A stretch of DNA of 64,000 bases from Felis catus (GCF_018350175.1 NC_058368.1:5766001-5830000), one strand, 5' to 3'; numbered from the stretch's first letter, positions 28,160-42,280 are shown. Program-made: numbers and translations. The notes: a model not told the origin generated them from the sequence alone.

Positions 28160-31080
28160 CGTGTTCTGCCCAGTCCCTTCAGCCTAGAACACCAGGAATG
28201 CCCTAAGACAACCGCGAGGGCCTCCTGAAAACGCAAGGCAGCTTGGGTCCGAGCTCTACCTACGGACCAGAGAGGAATGACTTGAGATGACAGGGATACG
28301 CCCTAAAAACAGTGTGAGAAAACCGCAGGTCCATCTAGAATAAGACACAGTAAATGCGTGCTGATTCAAAATGGTAGGAAGATAGAGTCCGACTTTTCGC
28401 CAAAGTGGATTATCACACAGATCTGGTTTCAGTTTACCCCCAGAACCCTTTATTTGTGTCTCTACTGATGTAACTGGAATTATGGTTCCTTTGGTCTTCC
28501 TTTCTAGGCCGTGAATCCTTGAGGGCAGAAGTCAAATCGTACTCACCTTTGAGTTCCCACCGTGGTGGGGTGTGGAGTAGGCTCAGTCTACCCAGTCAAT
28601 AAACGTTTACTGAGCGTGTGTGTGTGCCAGGCACAAAAATACTCGATATTGAACTGAAGCGTTAATTGTAAGGAATTTTAAACCTTACCTAAAAAGTAAA
28701 GGCGTCCTGAGTATAGAAACTTGGATATGAAGTATCTGGGAAGATTAGGCTAAAGAGAAGTGGTGCTCAGGTGAAAATCCTGGCGCAGTGAGTTCAGAGG
28801 GAGAGAATTCCCAGCCAGAGACTCGCGTGGCCTCACCTATGCAGACCTCTATTCGAGACTTAAGGTGAGAGACATTTTGCAACGAGAGAAGATGCAAGAA
28901 AGGGGCCAGCTGTGCTTGGATGTCACCACGTGAAAATCGACACGTAAGCCGCCCACGGGGTTGGTGCCAGCAGTCTTCACGGGGGGCAAGAGTAGCTCCG
29001 TTGTGCCGCCGTCGGTGGTCTTGACGTTGCCTCAGTGCCAGGTTTGGTTGGGGCAGTGACGGCCCCAGCACCTGCTGCAGACGCGAGGGGCATCGCTTCT
29101 GTCCTCTGCGTCTGAGAGCCAGCGGTGGCAGGAGGAAACTGCACCAGCCTCGGGGTCACCAGAAGACCGAGTTTGAGAAGGGGACGCTCTGCGGGGGGAT
29201 TCTCACAACTAAGAAGAATCTCTGGGTCCCGTGCGGCTCCTCCCTGCAGAGCAAGAGAGGGTGAAGAAACGTCTCATCTCGTTATGTAGCCCGGAATTCT
29301 GTCGTTTTCATGTCCAGGCTAAGAAACTAGATTCCTTGAATAGAATTTCCTATTATTTATGAAAATAATTCAGGAGGCACTTTGGATCACAGGTTCCTTG
29401 GGATTGCACGTTATTAAGATCATCGTTTTTATGACCGGGTCATAGGAGGAAAAAAAAAGCCCATTTATCCTGGGTGTTTAGATTTGATGTAAATAGGAAT
29501 TTCCTTCATCAAAGCTGCTTCACCAGTCTCCTGGTAAAAACATAAAAAGATAAAAGGACCACTGTGCTGCTTATTTTAGCAGAAACGGAATGATGGAATT
29601 CACAGCGCAGCCTCCCGGTAATTATCCTTGTCCAAAGACTTTAACTTTTCTAAACCAAGCCCTCCCCCGTTTTATGGCTTCGACCTTCTTTTTGTACCTT
29701 TTGAATTCGTAAGAGATTTTCTTTGGCTTTTGCAAGAAGTCAATCTCTCAGGAAACAATTGAATTAAACTTCCTATTTGTTTAAAAGTCCTTGGGTAGTG
29801 GCTCACATCTGCATTTCCTCAAAATGTCTCCATTGGAAGAATAAAGAAAGAATGTTCTGCATTGTGTAGTATTCAAATGAGCAGAAAAATGTGTAACGAG
29901 TTCCATATCCTACAAACGTTAGCGTCCTGATAACACCTTAAGACTTGTTAAGTATTTCAGACCATTTCACAGCCTTACAAAACCCAAACATTTCTTGCTG
30001 GATATTGTAAGTTCTTATGTAATGTAACAGGCGCCTGGAGAGTCTCCAGTTTACTAGCTTCCATTTCTTAATTAGAAAGAAAGTGTTGTTTTCCTTTTAA
30101 TGTTTTCATGTTAGAAAATATACTTGAATAGCTATAAGACCGAAGCCCAATCAGTTAATAACTACTATTTATTGAGCGTCTGGTATTGAGTGTCAAATAT
30201 TGTGCTAAATTCTTCGATATCATTATAGTGTCTCTTCTAATGAATGTGTTATTAATAAGCTAAAAAAGGTTTAAATTCATCCACTTTTCTAAAATGTCCT
30301 AATGAGTTAAAAAAGAAAGCCTGTGCAGAATGTCATCCAATTAATTTAATACAAGCATCGTTAGTATTCCTTTCCCAGCTTTTATTTTCAATGAACCAGT
30401 TTCTAGCGTTACACACATGAGACGAAATGTCTTAGAAAAAACGCACAAATCGCTGGCATTCTTAATTTGTTACCAATTTCCGTTTTGGCGCACGGTGGTT
30501 AGCTTTTATAAGGTGCGCATATTTTCAGTTGTTTTATTTCTGGAAGTAGGTCAGTTTACTTTGGAGATATGAAGCCCGGAAGAAAATACTAGAAAAATAG
30601 AAAGTGGAAAAGCACAGGAAGGTCTAAGATGATGAGGATATTCTGTCTAAAGAAAATAAGGTGAAGGAGGTAGTTTCAAAATCCTTTCAGTGTGAAGGAT
30701 TATTTCAGGAGGGCGCTTAAACCTCCCGTACAGAGAAGACAGACGGGAGAAGGTGATCTTTAAAGAGCGCTCTCTAGCCAGTGTGGATGAAGAGGCTACA
30801 ATGCAGATGATGAAGGAGGTGGTAGAAACTACCCCTATTTCCTTAGGAACCTGTTCAATAAACTGTAGCCTTGGAAGGAGGAGGGGTGTCTCAGGAAAAC
30901 TGTGCCAATGGACACAGCCAGGACTAGTCAAAGTCTTGAGCTAGTATTCCTTGAATCTGACCATGCCGCGTAAAATTCTTAGACTTACGATAAAGGAAAC
31001 AGCAAACAAGGTTCATATTTGTTCTTTTGACATTGATCAAACTCCCGGACTTCCTCAAGCAAGTAAAATATTTTAAAACC

Positions 31081-31262
31081 AGCGGCATTTGGGTGGCTCG
31101 GTCGATTAAGTGTCCGACTCTTGATTTGGACTCCGGTCACGATCTCACCGTTCATGAGCCGGAGGAGCCCTGGGTTGGGCTCTGCGCTGACAGCGTGGAG
31201 CCTGCTTGGGATTCTCTCTCTCCTCCCCTCTCTCTCAAAATATATAAATAAACTTAAAGAAA
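31081..31262 (+). mobile_element. Can-SINE (older)
   Basis: gggtggctcggtcgattaagtgtccgact head, CT tract, A tail; degenerate TSD attttaaaac. Confidence 0.85.
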
Positions 31263-34200
31263 TAGATTTTAAAACAAGACAGGAATGTTGCCTCTATTAA
31301 TGTATCTGGTATCCCCTTCTGATAATATTTTAAGGTTCTGGGATAATATGCATTTTAGTGCTTCTGGGAGCAGGAGGAAAGGGGGAGTGGGAGGTGACGG
31401 GCTGCCTGGGGGTTACCTTGAGACCTAGACCGGTCTGCAGAAGTCACACGGTTCCAACACTCAAAAGCCATCCGGGGTGAGTTTCAGATGTAGGTAATTT
31501 ACATTTATAGACTGGGTCAAGCAAATTCGACAGTTTAAGTGAGCACTGAATGAATGGGAACATAAATATGTTGGGGCCAATAAATGGTCATATTTATAGA
31601 GTGCAGTAAAAGCCATATCTCTCACTCCACTTGGAGAAATCCTGCCAACTGGATTTGGATTGAATGCAGTGGTCATGATATTGAGTGCTAAAACCACAGG
31701 AGAGGTGAACTCAGCTCTTTAAACTGAACTTTCAACTTCTGTAGTACTATTTCAGATGCGCTTGAATATTCAATATCCTCTTGGTAGAGAAGGAATAATA
31801 AGTCCAAAGACACAGGAGACAAAACAAAACAAAAAGCACAGCCAAACAAACAGGCAAAAACAAAAAAGAAAACCAAAGACACACTTCCTTCGAAACTCAT
31901 TCATACATTTCCAGAATCTAAATGGGGCCGCCAAACCCTACCTAATTTTGGAGAAAATATAATCCATATGTTGCCTGATAGGAAGAGAAGGATTAAGCCA
32001 GCCTCCAAGTAATAAAAAAAAAATGGGTAACTGTTTCCAAGAAACAGCACTCACCGCTGTTTTCTTCATTATGGTGAGTCCTGTTTTGGTAGTCTTGGAA
32101 GTGACCCTGAAGATCAGGGCTTGGTTTACTTTCAAGTCTGAGCATCGGAATCGATTTAGCCTCCCCAGTACAAGAAGCACAGCCCCCCACTTGTCGAGTT
32201 CCTGCCCGAGGAGCAGAGGGCTCTGCCCCACGCTGGGATTACAGGGGCTGAGTCGTGAACGCAGGGCAAGCTCACTAAACCGAAGATTCTTTTTTAAAAC
32301 ACAAGCAGAGAAGTCCAAGAGCAGTCTCCTCACCCTTTCCACGTGTCACGGAAAGTGAACGCTGCCTCTCTATGGCAGCGTTTCGATGCTCTTTGCCACG
32401 TCTCCAGCTCACTGGAGAGTCCAAGATTCGAGGATAATGAAAACTTGGACTTCTGATAGATGACACACCAAATCTTTGAACTCCTTTAATTCACGTTCGT
32501 TGTGTTAAGTTTCACAAGTGGCTGTAGGTTTCCGCAAACTCTGGTACTTGACCGTTTTGTCCCTAGGACGTAGGTTAAGCGGCGTAAGAGCTGTTGTTTT
32601 TAACTGAATGATGACATCATGCCATGTCTAGTTGACTCAAGTAAGAAATCCGGGAGGTCCTTCTTTTCAGTTTTGACTTGCAAGTAATTTCAAACTTGGA
32701 GAATGCGTTGCGAGGGTATGAATCACACAGAGAACACTTGGGTACCCCTTTACCACAGTCACCAATTGTTACCATTTGGGAAATGTGTTTTATGTCCAAA
32801 CAATGCCTCCTAAAAATGGCTTCATCCTTCTCCTCCTTCTGATTTGGGACTCTCTGACCTACAGATATGAGAGAAAGGACCAATAGTACTAATTGTACCT
32901 TACTTGTTAGAACAACACCAGAACCATTTTCTTTTGCTGGTCATTGATTTATACTCCCTCCCCACCCCACCCCACCCCGGGTTGTCAACAAATTATTAAA
33001 TCCAAATCATACGCTTGTAAAAATGCATTACTTGGGTAGCCCTCTCCTAACAGCTTGGCTAACTTTACATGTATTACAATGCTAAGCATTGAAGAATATA
33101 ATTTCAAGCCTCTCAAAACAGAGAAAAATATATGCAACCCATAAACTTCCCAAGACTTCGTGTCTTTGGCTCTTGCACTCCATCTTCTGGCTAAAAGCTG
33201 GCTGTGAGATAGTGGAGTTGAACACACCAACCGTTATAAGCAATTGTGGCACTAGATGTAAATGAAAGAGAAGCATTAACATTATACCAGCAAAAATGTA
33301 CTAAGTCCACAGGAAAAAGAGTAATACACAAGATCAGACAGAAGGTGACTGCCGCTGAAATGACACCCCTTGCTTACCTGGAATGTCAATCTGAGAAGCC
33401 TATGCCCAGGTTTTATGACCCAGTGGGTGATAGGTAGGGGAGAATGATTGGGGATAGAGTTTGGGAGGCCAGGCATGGGGAGCCATCAGCTGGTCGTCAT
33501 GATCTTACTTTAAATTTTAGGTAACCTTTCTCCAAGTCACTGCTTCTAAATCCCTTTGAAGGCGAGGACTGAGTCCATTTCACCTTTCCATCACCCTAGA
33601 CTGTAGACTTTCTCATCGAATCAGTGAAGAATGAGAAACGAATTTCTTTGCTTCTGTTTAACACATGGAGGCATGCTGTTGAGGTTTTAATCTGAAATAC
33701 AAAGATTAAAGTAATGAACGATTACAGCACACAACAGCAAAATATCTAGGAACTAATAGCTTTTCTGTAGCCCCAAATCATACGTGTCTATTTAGTCAGA
33801 TTTTCAATTTCAATCCAAACTATTTGCAGAAACAATCTACTTAGAATCCTCATGTTAGACTTGGAACGGGTTATAAAAACTACATACTTTACATCAAAAA
33901 TCAGTAAGTTATCCATTTGGCTTTGAAATATTATCATAAATCACTCTGCAGATTCCCTTTAAAGATTCCATACTCTTTGAAAGCCTGTTCTAGGTTTAAT
34001 CATATTTGCAACATATCCTTAAAACAGGCAAAATAATTGTCATGTGCCAGAGTACCAACAGTCACACCAGAGTGAGACATGGAGATTTTGGTTATCTGAG
34101 GCAACATGGACACAGCCTTTCCTGCAACATTACATTGAAATCTCCAAGGGACCAGATCTTTTTTGCACAAACATTCCCCATTCTTAACTTCCTGTCTGCT

Positions 34201-35344
34201 TAGACTCAAGAAGACTTGCTGGTAAGTTTCCCTCCGGGTTAAACTATAATGCAACAATAGTATAATTTCCAAAGGGAAGGTAAAAATAGTAGAAAATAGT
34301 AGCTATTTATTGAAGACCTATTGTGTGCCTTAGATTGTTTATATACATTGTCTCATTTAATCTTCCTAAACCCATTTGGGAGCAAAGTTACTCTGCACCT
34401 CCAGCTGAAATCTGCCATTTGCCTGTAGCTTCAGCTTTGGAAGCCGGCGTCAACAATATCTCCAGCATCCCTGAACTTGTGCGTGATCAGTGGTCACAAT
34501 GGTCAACTGCTCGCATAGGCTGCCATCATATCTAATCCTTATAACATGTTTGTAGAAATACAGACATGGTGTGACATTGGGATTCGTTTTTACTATTGAA
34601 ATATAGCATTCACTTTCAAATATAGGTTAAGTGTGGACTGAAAATCTCTTTGGGGCATTTAGAGTTTGGAATTTTATCAGTCAATTGAAGTATGAATCTG
34701 TGTTTATTATAGCAAGACTATGACAAGTGTGGAAGGCAGAAAGGTTATTTAAAAGAAGGCATGTTCGCTTCAAGACACATTGTTTTTTGAGTCAACAAAT
34801 GTTCATGCAAATTGAAATGATAACATGAGGCAGACGAATAAGGATTATCAATTATATCATAACTGTAGACTTTTGTAGAATTGTTTTTGTCTATTAGTAT
34901 TCCTAACGTTAAATAAAGTGACAAGTAAGAACTGTATTCACTTTTTCTTCAATTCTATGTAAGCCATGATCCCTTTAAGGAAAAATACTATTCAGAATTT
35001 CTTTTTATGCATGCTTTAGAATCAGGTGGTTAACCTTGCCACGAAAAATTTCACAGGAAAAACTCCCAAATCGCTCTACAGCAACATTCAGGATAAATCA
35101 TCTCTGATCTACACATAATCAAGACTAAAGGAAGAAGAATAGAATATTTACTTTAAAATGAGCTGCTCAAATCCTTCGCTTCTCTACCAAAGGTGAAAAT
35201 GGGTTCTATCTAGTATCGAAAAAATGTAGGTAGCTACCAGAAATCTAGCCGCTGACGGTGAAGAAATTATTGTTTCTTGCCCAGAATGTTGAATTTATAA
35301 CATGTAACTGATGAAATCTTAGTAATAAAGCTTGTTAATGTAGT

Positions 35345-35904
35345 GTGTTGACTGAAAAAAAAAGATGACTCTAATTCTCTACCCCAACATCTATTCGTAG
35401 CCTTTGCAATGTGTCTTTGGAGACCTTCCCTTGAAGAGGTGGAATCTATTTTCCCACTCCGAATCTGGGCAGCTTTGTGGTTTACTTTAGCCAACAGAAC
35501 GCAGCAAAAAGACTGATGCGCCGGTTCTGAGCCTAATCTCTGGCGGCCTCACTGGTTTGCACGCTTCTGCTCGCACTCTTTGAACCCTGCTGCGCCCTGA
35601 GAGCGAGCTCAAAGTTCTACTGGAGTAGGAGAGACCACTCGGAGCAGAGACTGTGATGGCATCCTAAACCAGACAGCCCCCCGCTGACCTGCGAGGTGAC
35701 TGTGGCCAGGTGAGTGAGCAGACTGGAGCCTAGCTGAGATCCTCTGGGATCTCAGAGCAGAGAGCAGCACAACCACCCAGCTGACCAGACGGAATGCTGA
35801 AAGATGAAGGTTTATTATCGGATGCCAATGAAGTTTTGCAGTTACTATATGCCATGGAAGTTTGTGGTCGCCCAGCCCTATTGTGACAATAAATAACTGA
35901 TACA
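35345..35904 (+). mobile_element. MLT1 (MLT1H/G-like) MaLR LTR
   Basis: 'gaggtggaatctattttccc...tactttagccaacagaa'; terminus 'ttgtgacaataaataactgataca'. Confidence 0.75.
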
Positions 35905-37759
35905 GTTAATGGCTACTTTTTTTTTTTTTAAGAACATTTCAGGCTTATTCTTTTATTCCAGAAATCCATGTTAAGACGGTGATATTTGGCTTTGGCTTCC
36001 GTGACTTTACCACCTGACCATTAAAAATTCAACCCAAAGCATGGATTCAGTGCTTCTCCGTGAGTTAAGAATGATCATCTCCAGTTTAGAACTTAAAAAA
36101 CACACACACACACAACTGAGGGTTTGGAAGATTTCCCAGGTCCAAAGCAGATCTATCTGCCTCCAGAACCATGTTCTGGAGTTACAGAGCTACATTCTCT
36201 AATACAGTCTCTGGGATGAGCTCTGGCAAGAATGGAGTTGGTCACTTACAGGAAGTCATCCTACGGCCTGATGGACAATTTATTCTGGGTAGGAAATGAA
36301 GAGGGTCCATTCCATTTGGAAACTGATATCTGTGCATGAAAGCCAATTTGATTGTCTGGGAAAAGACTCTGGATGGAAGGAAATGTTGGTAATCCCACCA
36401 CAGACCGGCACAGGTACTCAGTAAAAGTGTACTGAGTTCATGAAAGTTACTTATCAATGAAATATGCTTTGCGGCTTAAAGAAAGGAAATCTGTTCAAAT
36501 TAGGATTTTATGTGACAGTCCTCTCTATTATTCTTCCGATGCATTCACTCTAAAATTAGGCAAGAATAATTATTTGACCATATGCTTTGTTAGTCTGCCA
36601 CCTTCCTCTGATTAGACTAAGCTGACATCTGAAGAAAGGTGTTGGGAATTGAAGCAGTGTGAGAAAGACACAAAGGAACAAACTCTCTTGTGAGTAAATA
36701 CTCGAGGGAAAGACAGAACACTGATTGGATAGAGAAGAGGAGCGGTTCTCGAGGTGTTTCCAGGGTCAGCAGCCTCAGCATCATCGGAGAACGTGTTAGA
36801 AGTGCCGATGCTCAGGTTTTACCTCGGACCCACGGGATCAGAGCCCTGGAGAGCTTCCATAGACCTTGTAGGTGGTTCTGACGCCCACTGAACGTGAAGA
36901 ACCACCAGGTAAGGATCATTCAAAAGGAGCATTTTTCTTCCTTGTACGCTTTCAGTTTGGGTCTTGTGCACAGTCGAGAGATAGAACGGGACAGCTCTGA
37001 CCCTCCCAGCTCTCTGCTCCCAGAGGAGGCCGGTGGAAGAGTTGCGGTCTCCCTGTTCCTTGCAAAGTCTGTGAACAGTGAAAGCGGGCAGGGGAAAGGT
37101 AACTGGCAGAGGAGCCCAGTCCTTGTGGCCCCCTCGCTCCGCTCCAGCTTCCCTTACTCCTTAAACTTAACCCTCTGGCTGCCCCGACAAGGTCAAAGCA
37201 CCTTGTATGTCATGCAAAAAATATTTCCCAGCAAAGTGCTTTGCCTCCAGCTGTGAAATTGATTAGTGGCCACAAAATCCCTGGGGAAGCGTCTCTGCTG
37301 ACAGCTGTAGTTGCTATTTGGAAACTGCAGAAGAAAGGAGGTCATGAGGCAGGACAAGATCGTGTATTAGGTACAGGAAAAAAAGTTTTAAAGTATCTTT
37401 TCCTCTCGAAGGTAAGCAATGACACACCCAGGAGAGGAAATAATTCTACTTCCTGTATTGGAGTTTTTTGTTGGAATAGCTTAACATTTAGTTAATCGTT
37501 ACAAAGCTCCTTCTGAAATCAGTGTCAAGAAAATTGGCTTGTATGTATTTGAGAGCTGTGGAATTAGAAGATGAAAATCAGCCGGTGCACATCCTGGGAA
37601 GGCGTGCTCCTTGTGGAACACTTGGCCAGAGCGAACTGTCTCCATGTACCCAGGAACACTGTCTGAAATATGGGAAAACCAAACATGTCTTATCATGACA
37701 GGTTCAACTCATTACTCAGATCTGGAAATTAAAATACATTGCTCTCCATAAAAGTGAGG

Positions 37760-37994
37760 TTTTTTAATTTTATTTTATTTATTCAATTTTATTTTGAGAG
37801 AGAGAGAGAATACAATGGGGGAAGGGCAGAGAAAGAGGGGGAGAGAGAGAGAGAGAGAGAAAGAATCCCAAGCAGGCTCCATGCCACCATCACAGACCCC
37901 CTACATGAGGCTTGAACCCACCAACCTACGAGATCATGACCTGAGCCAAAACCGTGAATTGGAGGCTTAACCGGCTGAGCCACCCAGGCACCCC
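37760..37994 (-). mobile_element. Can-SINE
   Basis: T tail, (GA)n, ends gagccacccaggcacccc. Confidence 0.9.
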
Positions 37995-38431
37995 ATCCAT
38001 AAGAATGAGTTTTAAAGGTCCAGTTAAACTCTGCAATACTTCCTACTACCACATTTCCCCCCCCTAAAGCACCTTTTGAATATATCCTAATATTCTGAAG
38101 TAGAAGAGTGCTGCTTGACACAAGAGAGAATGCATGTCCAGGCCTCAGCGACTGCACTGGGAGTAAGTTACATGAAACCGACTAATACCAGTTTATTGGC
38201 CCAGATATTTTATTTTCAGTTAGTACATAGCCAGTTAGATTTTTACACAGTGCAGGGGACAGAGGTAAAACCAAGATTCATAATAGGAAAATATATAAAC
38301 TATGAAAAAAAAAAACCCAACAAATACAGGTATCCTAGGTGGAAAAGTTACAAAGCATAACATGGGAGCTAAGTGTTTTCTTCACAAATTACTTGACTGG
38401 GCCAAAAGTGGGGGGAAAAAAAAGTGTCTCT

Positions 38432-38465
38432 CACGCCCCCTGGTGTCTTCTGGTGGGACTTGCAG
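38432..38465 (-). promoter_or_regulatory. CTCF motif (reverse) with upstream module
   Basis: Minus strand reads CTGCAAGTCCC-accaga-AGACACCAGGGGGCGTG. Confidence 0.7.
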
Positions 38466-39599
38466 CGTTCCAAAGCTCTTCAACAATTCCTATCAGAGCG
38501 AACAAATTCTAATTCCCTGTTTTTATTTATGAGAGACTTTATTAATTATAAAAATAATTGAAATATCTATCTAAATATGAGAGACAGGAAAGCCTGGTGT
38601 TTGCTGATGACTGTCAGTGAGTTTACCATAAAATGGGGCTAATCAAGAATGCTAAGAGCATGAGGTCATGACCAGATGGCTGCCGTCAGTGAACACATGT
38701 CTGAACTAATTACCAGGAGGGGACAGGGACAAAGACCAAGTGCCTATAAAAAGCAGTAGAGCTTGGTGAGCCAAGGGACCAAATTAAGGAGGTAAATCAG
38801 GAGGACAGGAGAACCACAGTTAGGAATTTTGTGGAAAGCACAAATACAGACTAGACCATGGGAGGAAGAAAACCCTGAATGGATTGGAATTTTGAATGTC
38901 GCTCCAATCCAGTTTAGATCCTACATAGGCAATCAAGCGTCTATCAAAACAAAAAGAGGCCATTAAGGGACAAAAAAAGAAGAAGAAATCCCATTTCAGA
39001 GGAATAATCAAAACAATGTTATCAAACCAGTAAAGAACGTGGTTTATAAACATTTGCTCTTACCGCTTGTACTAGAAGCTTCAGAAATTTGTTTAGAATT
39101 TTACAATATCTAAAGAAAATGAACAAATTAAGGACCAGACAACGGATTTTGGAAACACATTTTTCATGTAGGTGATTTTTGGCTGGAGGAGGAAATAGGA
39201 TACATGACTCAGTGACTCTACTGGTTTACTGTTGCCTTGAAAGCCAAATCTCCTGGCTTTCAATTTTCCTGGAAATTCGAAAGGTAAGAATGCCCTTTTC
39301 GAGTTTTTCAGCATCGAAGTCTCTGGGAAACGGGTTTCTATGGCATGGCTATCTACACTCACAGCTCAGCAAGATCTGGACTTCTATCTAAACAGCCGGT
39401 TAAACTGGCAAAAAGCGAAACACATGAACGTGTGATCAGTTTGTGGGTCTGTGTTTTAAGTCTCCGTGTGCGCTCTCTGCGTACATCGATAAAACCCAAA
39501 GGAGGGCCCCTATGGGCGCCGGTGTGCATTCCTAGCGTGCAGAAAAATCACCTGGAGACCTTGAATAAACACAGATCCGAGCTGGGGAGAGTCAACCAG

Positions 39600-39700
39600 T
39601 GACTGAGCGTCTGATGCAGGAGATCTGGGGTGGGGCTAAGAATTTGGGTTGCTGACAAGTTCCCTGGTAACACCGGAGCCCGCACTGAAAACTGCTGCTG
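39600..39700. mobile_element. MER5A-like DNA transposon fragment
   Basis: 'atctggggtggggctaagaatttgggttgctgacaagttccctggtaa...cactgaaaactgctg'. Confidence 0.55.
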
Positions 39701-39849
39701 CGGGCGTGTGGAGCTTTTGAGACGCTAGTTGGGTGGGTGAGGAAGGAGAAGGCTGGATGTGTCCAGAACATTCCCGGAGACGCTCCGAGGCAACCCTCTG
39801 CACAGAGCTGACCCATCCCCAGGCCTCCAGGAGCAAACGGTTTGTTAAC

Positions 39850-40750
39850 GGGGTTCTCAGGCACTCTCCACTCCGTAGCGGATTAAAATGCACGGGCAGG
39901 CGTGGCTCACACGCCTAAGCACACGCGGGCGCCAAACTCCCCGGCTCATCCCCGGCGCCCCACTGTGGATGTTCTCTGCAGGGATGCAAAGAGGGTGCAG
40001 AGCGAGGGCGCCTCTCCGGCTCCGGGCAACCCTGCCTTTCTCCTTCCCACCTGCGTTCCGCCCTTCCCCTTCCCTCCCGCCTCGCGTCCCACCGAACCCC
40101 GCCGGGCCCCGCTCCCTGTCCCACCCGCACGTGCGCCGCGTCCAAGCCCTGCCCCCCGGCTCTGCCCCGCCCGGGCCTCGCGCTGCCCTCCCCGGCCCAC
40201 CTGCGCCCCGGCGGCTCCGCCCGAGCCCCGCCCCCGGCGCTGCCCCGCCCCTCCGCCCCCGGGAGCCCCGCCCCGGTCCCGCTCCACCGGCGCTGGGACG
40301 CGCACTCGCGCCGAGGGCCCGAAAGGAGCCCGGAGTCGTTGAAAGGAAGAGTGGGAAGCACGCGCTGTGGCGGCCTGGCAGCAGCTGGGGCGGGGTGTGC
40401 TGGCAGGGGCGGCCCGTGCCCTCGGGCTTCTCTGGCGGGTTGACCAGCAGTCCGAGCGGAGGAACCCGCGGCGGCGCGAAGGGGACCCCGCGCCGAGGAC
40501 GCGGGCCCGGACTCCGTACGCGCAGGGGGCGACCCTCCTCCTCTGGCCGGCTTCCCGTCCCTTCCCTCGGCCCAGCTCACGCACACACCCTGGTAGGTGC
40601 TGCGCCGGCTCGTCCTCGTGGCCGCGTCCCCAGCTTCACGGGTCCCGGGCCAGGCCCCGCCTCTCCGCCCAGAAAAGGAAATTCCTAGATGTTAAAACTG
40701 CGAGAGACCCTAGGGGAGGCCTCCTTGTTCTGCAGGAGCAAAGTTCTTGA
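39850..40750. promoter_or_regulatory. Orphan CpG island / promoter-like element
   Basis: About 0.9 kb of GC/CpG-rich, non-repeat sequence with clustered GC boxes (ccccgccc); no recognisable coding exon. Confidence 0.8.
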
Positions 40751-42280
40751 AAAGCGACGTGTCCAAGGGTATCAGAATCGGTTTTGTTTATCTTTAGGGT
40801 TTTTTTTTTTTTTCTTAAGTTTTATGTAACGAATTCCTTTGTATGTAGGCTGGGGCCAGTAGGGGCCCAAGTGCAGAAGTCAGCAGAATGGACGCAGCGC
40901 CCCAGGCCACGGGTGGCTGTGGCCGGCCTGTTTGGGGAGGACGTGGACAGAACAGAGGTTCCACCTCGGGTCCTAGTGCTTACGAAACCAAACGGCAACA
41001 GACAAAGTCTGAGCCATCAGCCTTGAGAGATGCAGGCTGGCAACGGACTGCAGATGTGTTTGATAAGTTGCGTTCCACGGAGGCCTCCAAGGAAGACCTC
41101 CTGAGTGGAAATGAGGTTCTAATAGGAAGCCTTGGGACGGGAAATCTTCCCAGATGATTTCCAGAGGGTGGTCCGCAGCTGGGCTAGTTTGTGTATCAGG
41201 AAATCTTCCGAGCAGCCTCGGTGGCTGGGAAAAGCATCGCTTTTAGGTAACGGGCAAGACTCTGTCAAAGTAAATCATGTATTTAATAATTTTCCCCTCA
41301 CCAGATCGTAACCCATAGGAAAATGACCTGTGTAACCCCCACGGCAGCGGGGGGCAGCTTCTTTATTTGCTGTCATTTGGTTCGCATTGACTCAATCCTC
41401 TCCCATCCTCCCACCCCCACCTCCTGATGGGAGCGCGGCCGCCTTTCAGAGATTTCAGATTTCAGGGTGTTCTTGCTACCTCTGGAAAAAGGTCCCTTTT
41501 CACTTAAAGCCATTCTGCGTGTGCTGACCCCAAGACAGAGCCCAGGCATTTTCATCTGACCCCCCCAAATACTAGTGAGGTAGTAATGTGTTTTGGACAT
41601 TTACTCAAGATTTGGGGGGGTTAAGATAGCAAGTTAAGACGCCTAAAGATGCAGGCCTCGGCTTCCTTCTCTTCTCCCTCAGCCGTCCCCTAAGCAAGGT
41701 CATCTCCTGACCTAGAGATCAATGCCAATAGATCTGCATCCGAAGCCCCTTCCCTCAGCTTTCCTTCTGTGTGTCCAGCTGCTTTTGGCTGATCGCTCCA
41801 TTTGGCTGTTGTAAAAGGCTCCTTGTACTTAGTGTATCTTTGGCAAAACCTGAGATAGTAAAATTATTTCCGGAATGTGCCCAGACCCTTGCAGGCTCTG
41901 GCCGCTGTGTGATGTTGCAGCCATGGCAACAGTGGAGGGACTTAAATACGTTGCGACAAAAGGTGACTCCCTTTTCAGTATGTTCTGCCATTTCTTGGTT
42001 CCCTCTTGGCTCACTTCGTAGACATCTTTTTACTGCCTTTTCCAGGAATCCTGCCAAAATATTCTTTGAACGTAGAGAGGGGTTGTTGTCTATGTGAATA
42101 GTGAATACAACTCTGAAGAGTTACTAATAACATCATGGCCACTGTTGAATGGTATACCTTCTTAACCTGAAGATGATTTGTGTGCTAAGACATGTTGGCA
42201 TGGCGGGCCCATGAGGGTTCTGTATCGGTGGTGTCACAGCCCTCTTGGGAGCTTTTCTGGTATAATCTGGAGCCTGCCCC

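Noticed and set aside
31938..32358. 111-aa (+) and 134-aa (-) ORFs in unique sequence
   Set aside because: No recognisable homology or exon structure, and the lengths are reachable by chance. PhyloCSF or tblastn could revisit this.
39888..40750. 266/223/212 aa ORFs in the second CpG island
   Set aside because: Same GC-content artefact; several frames are open and none resembles a protein family.
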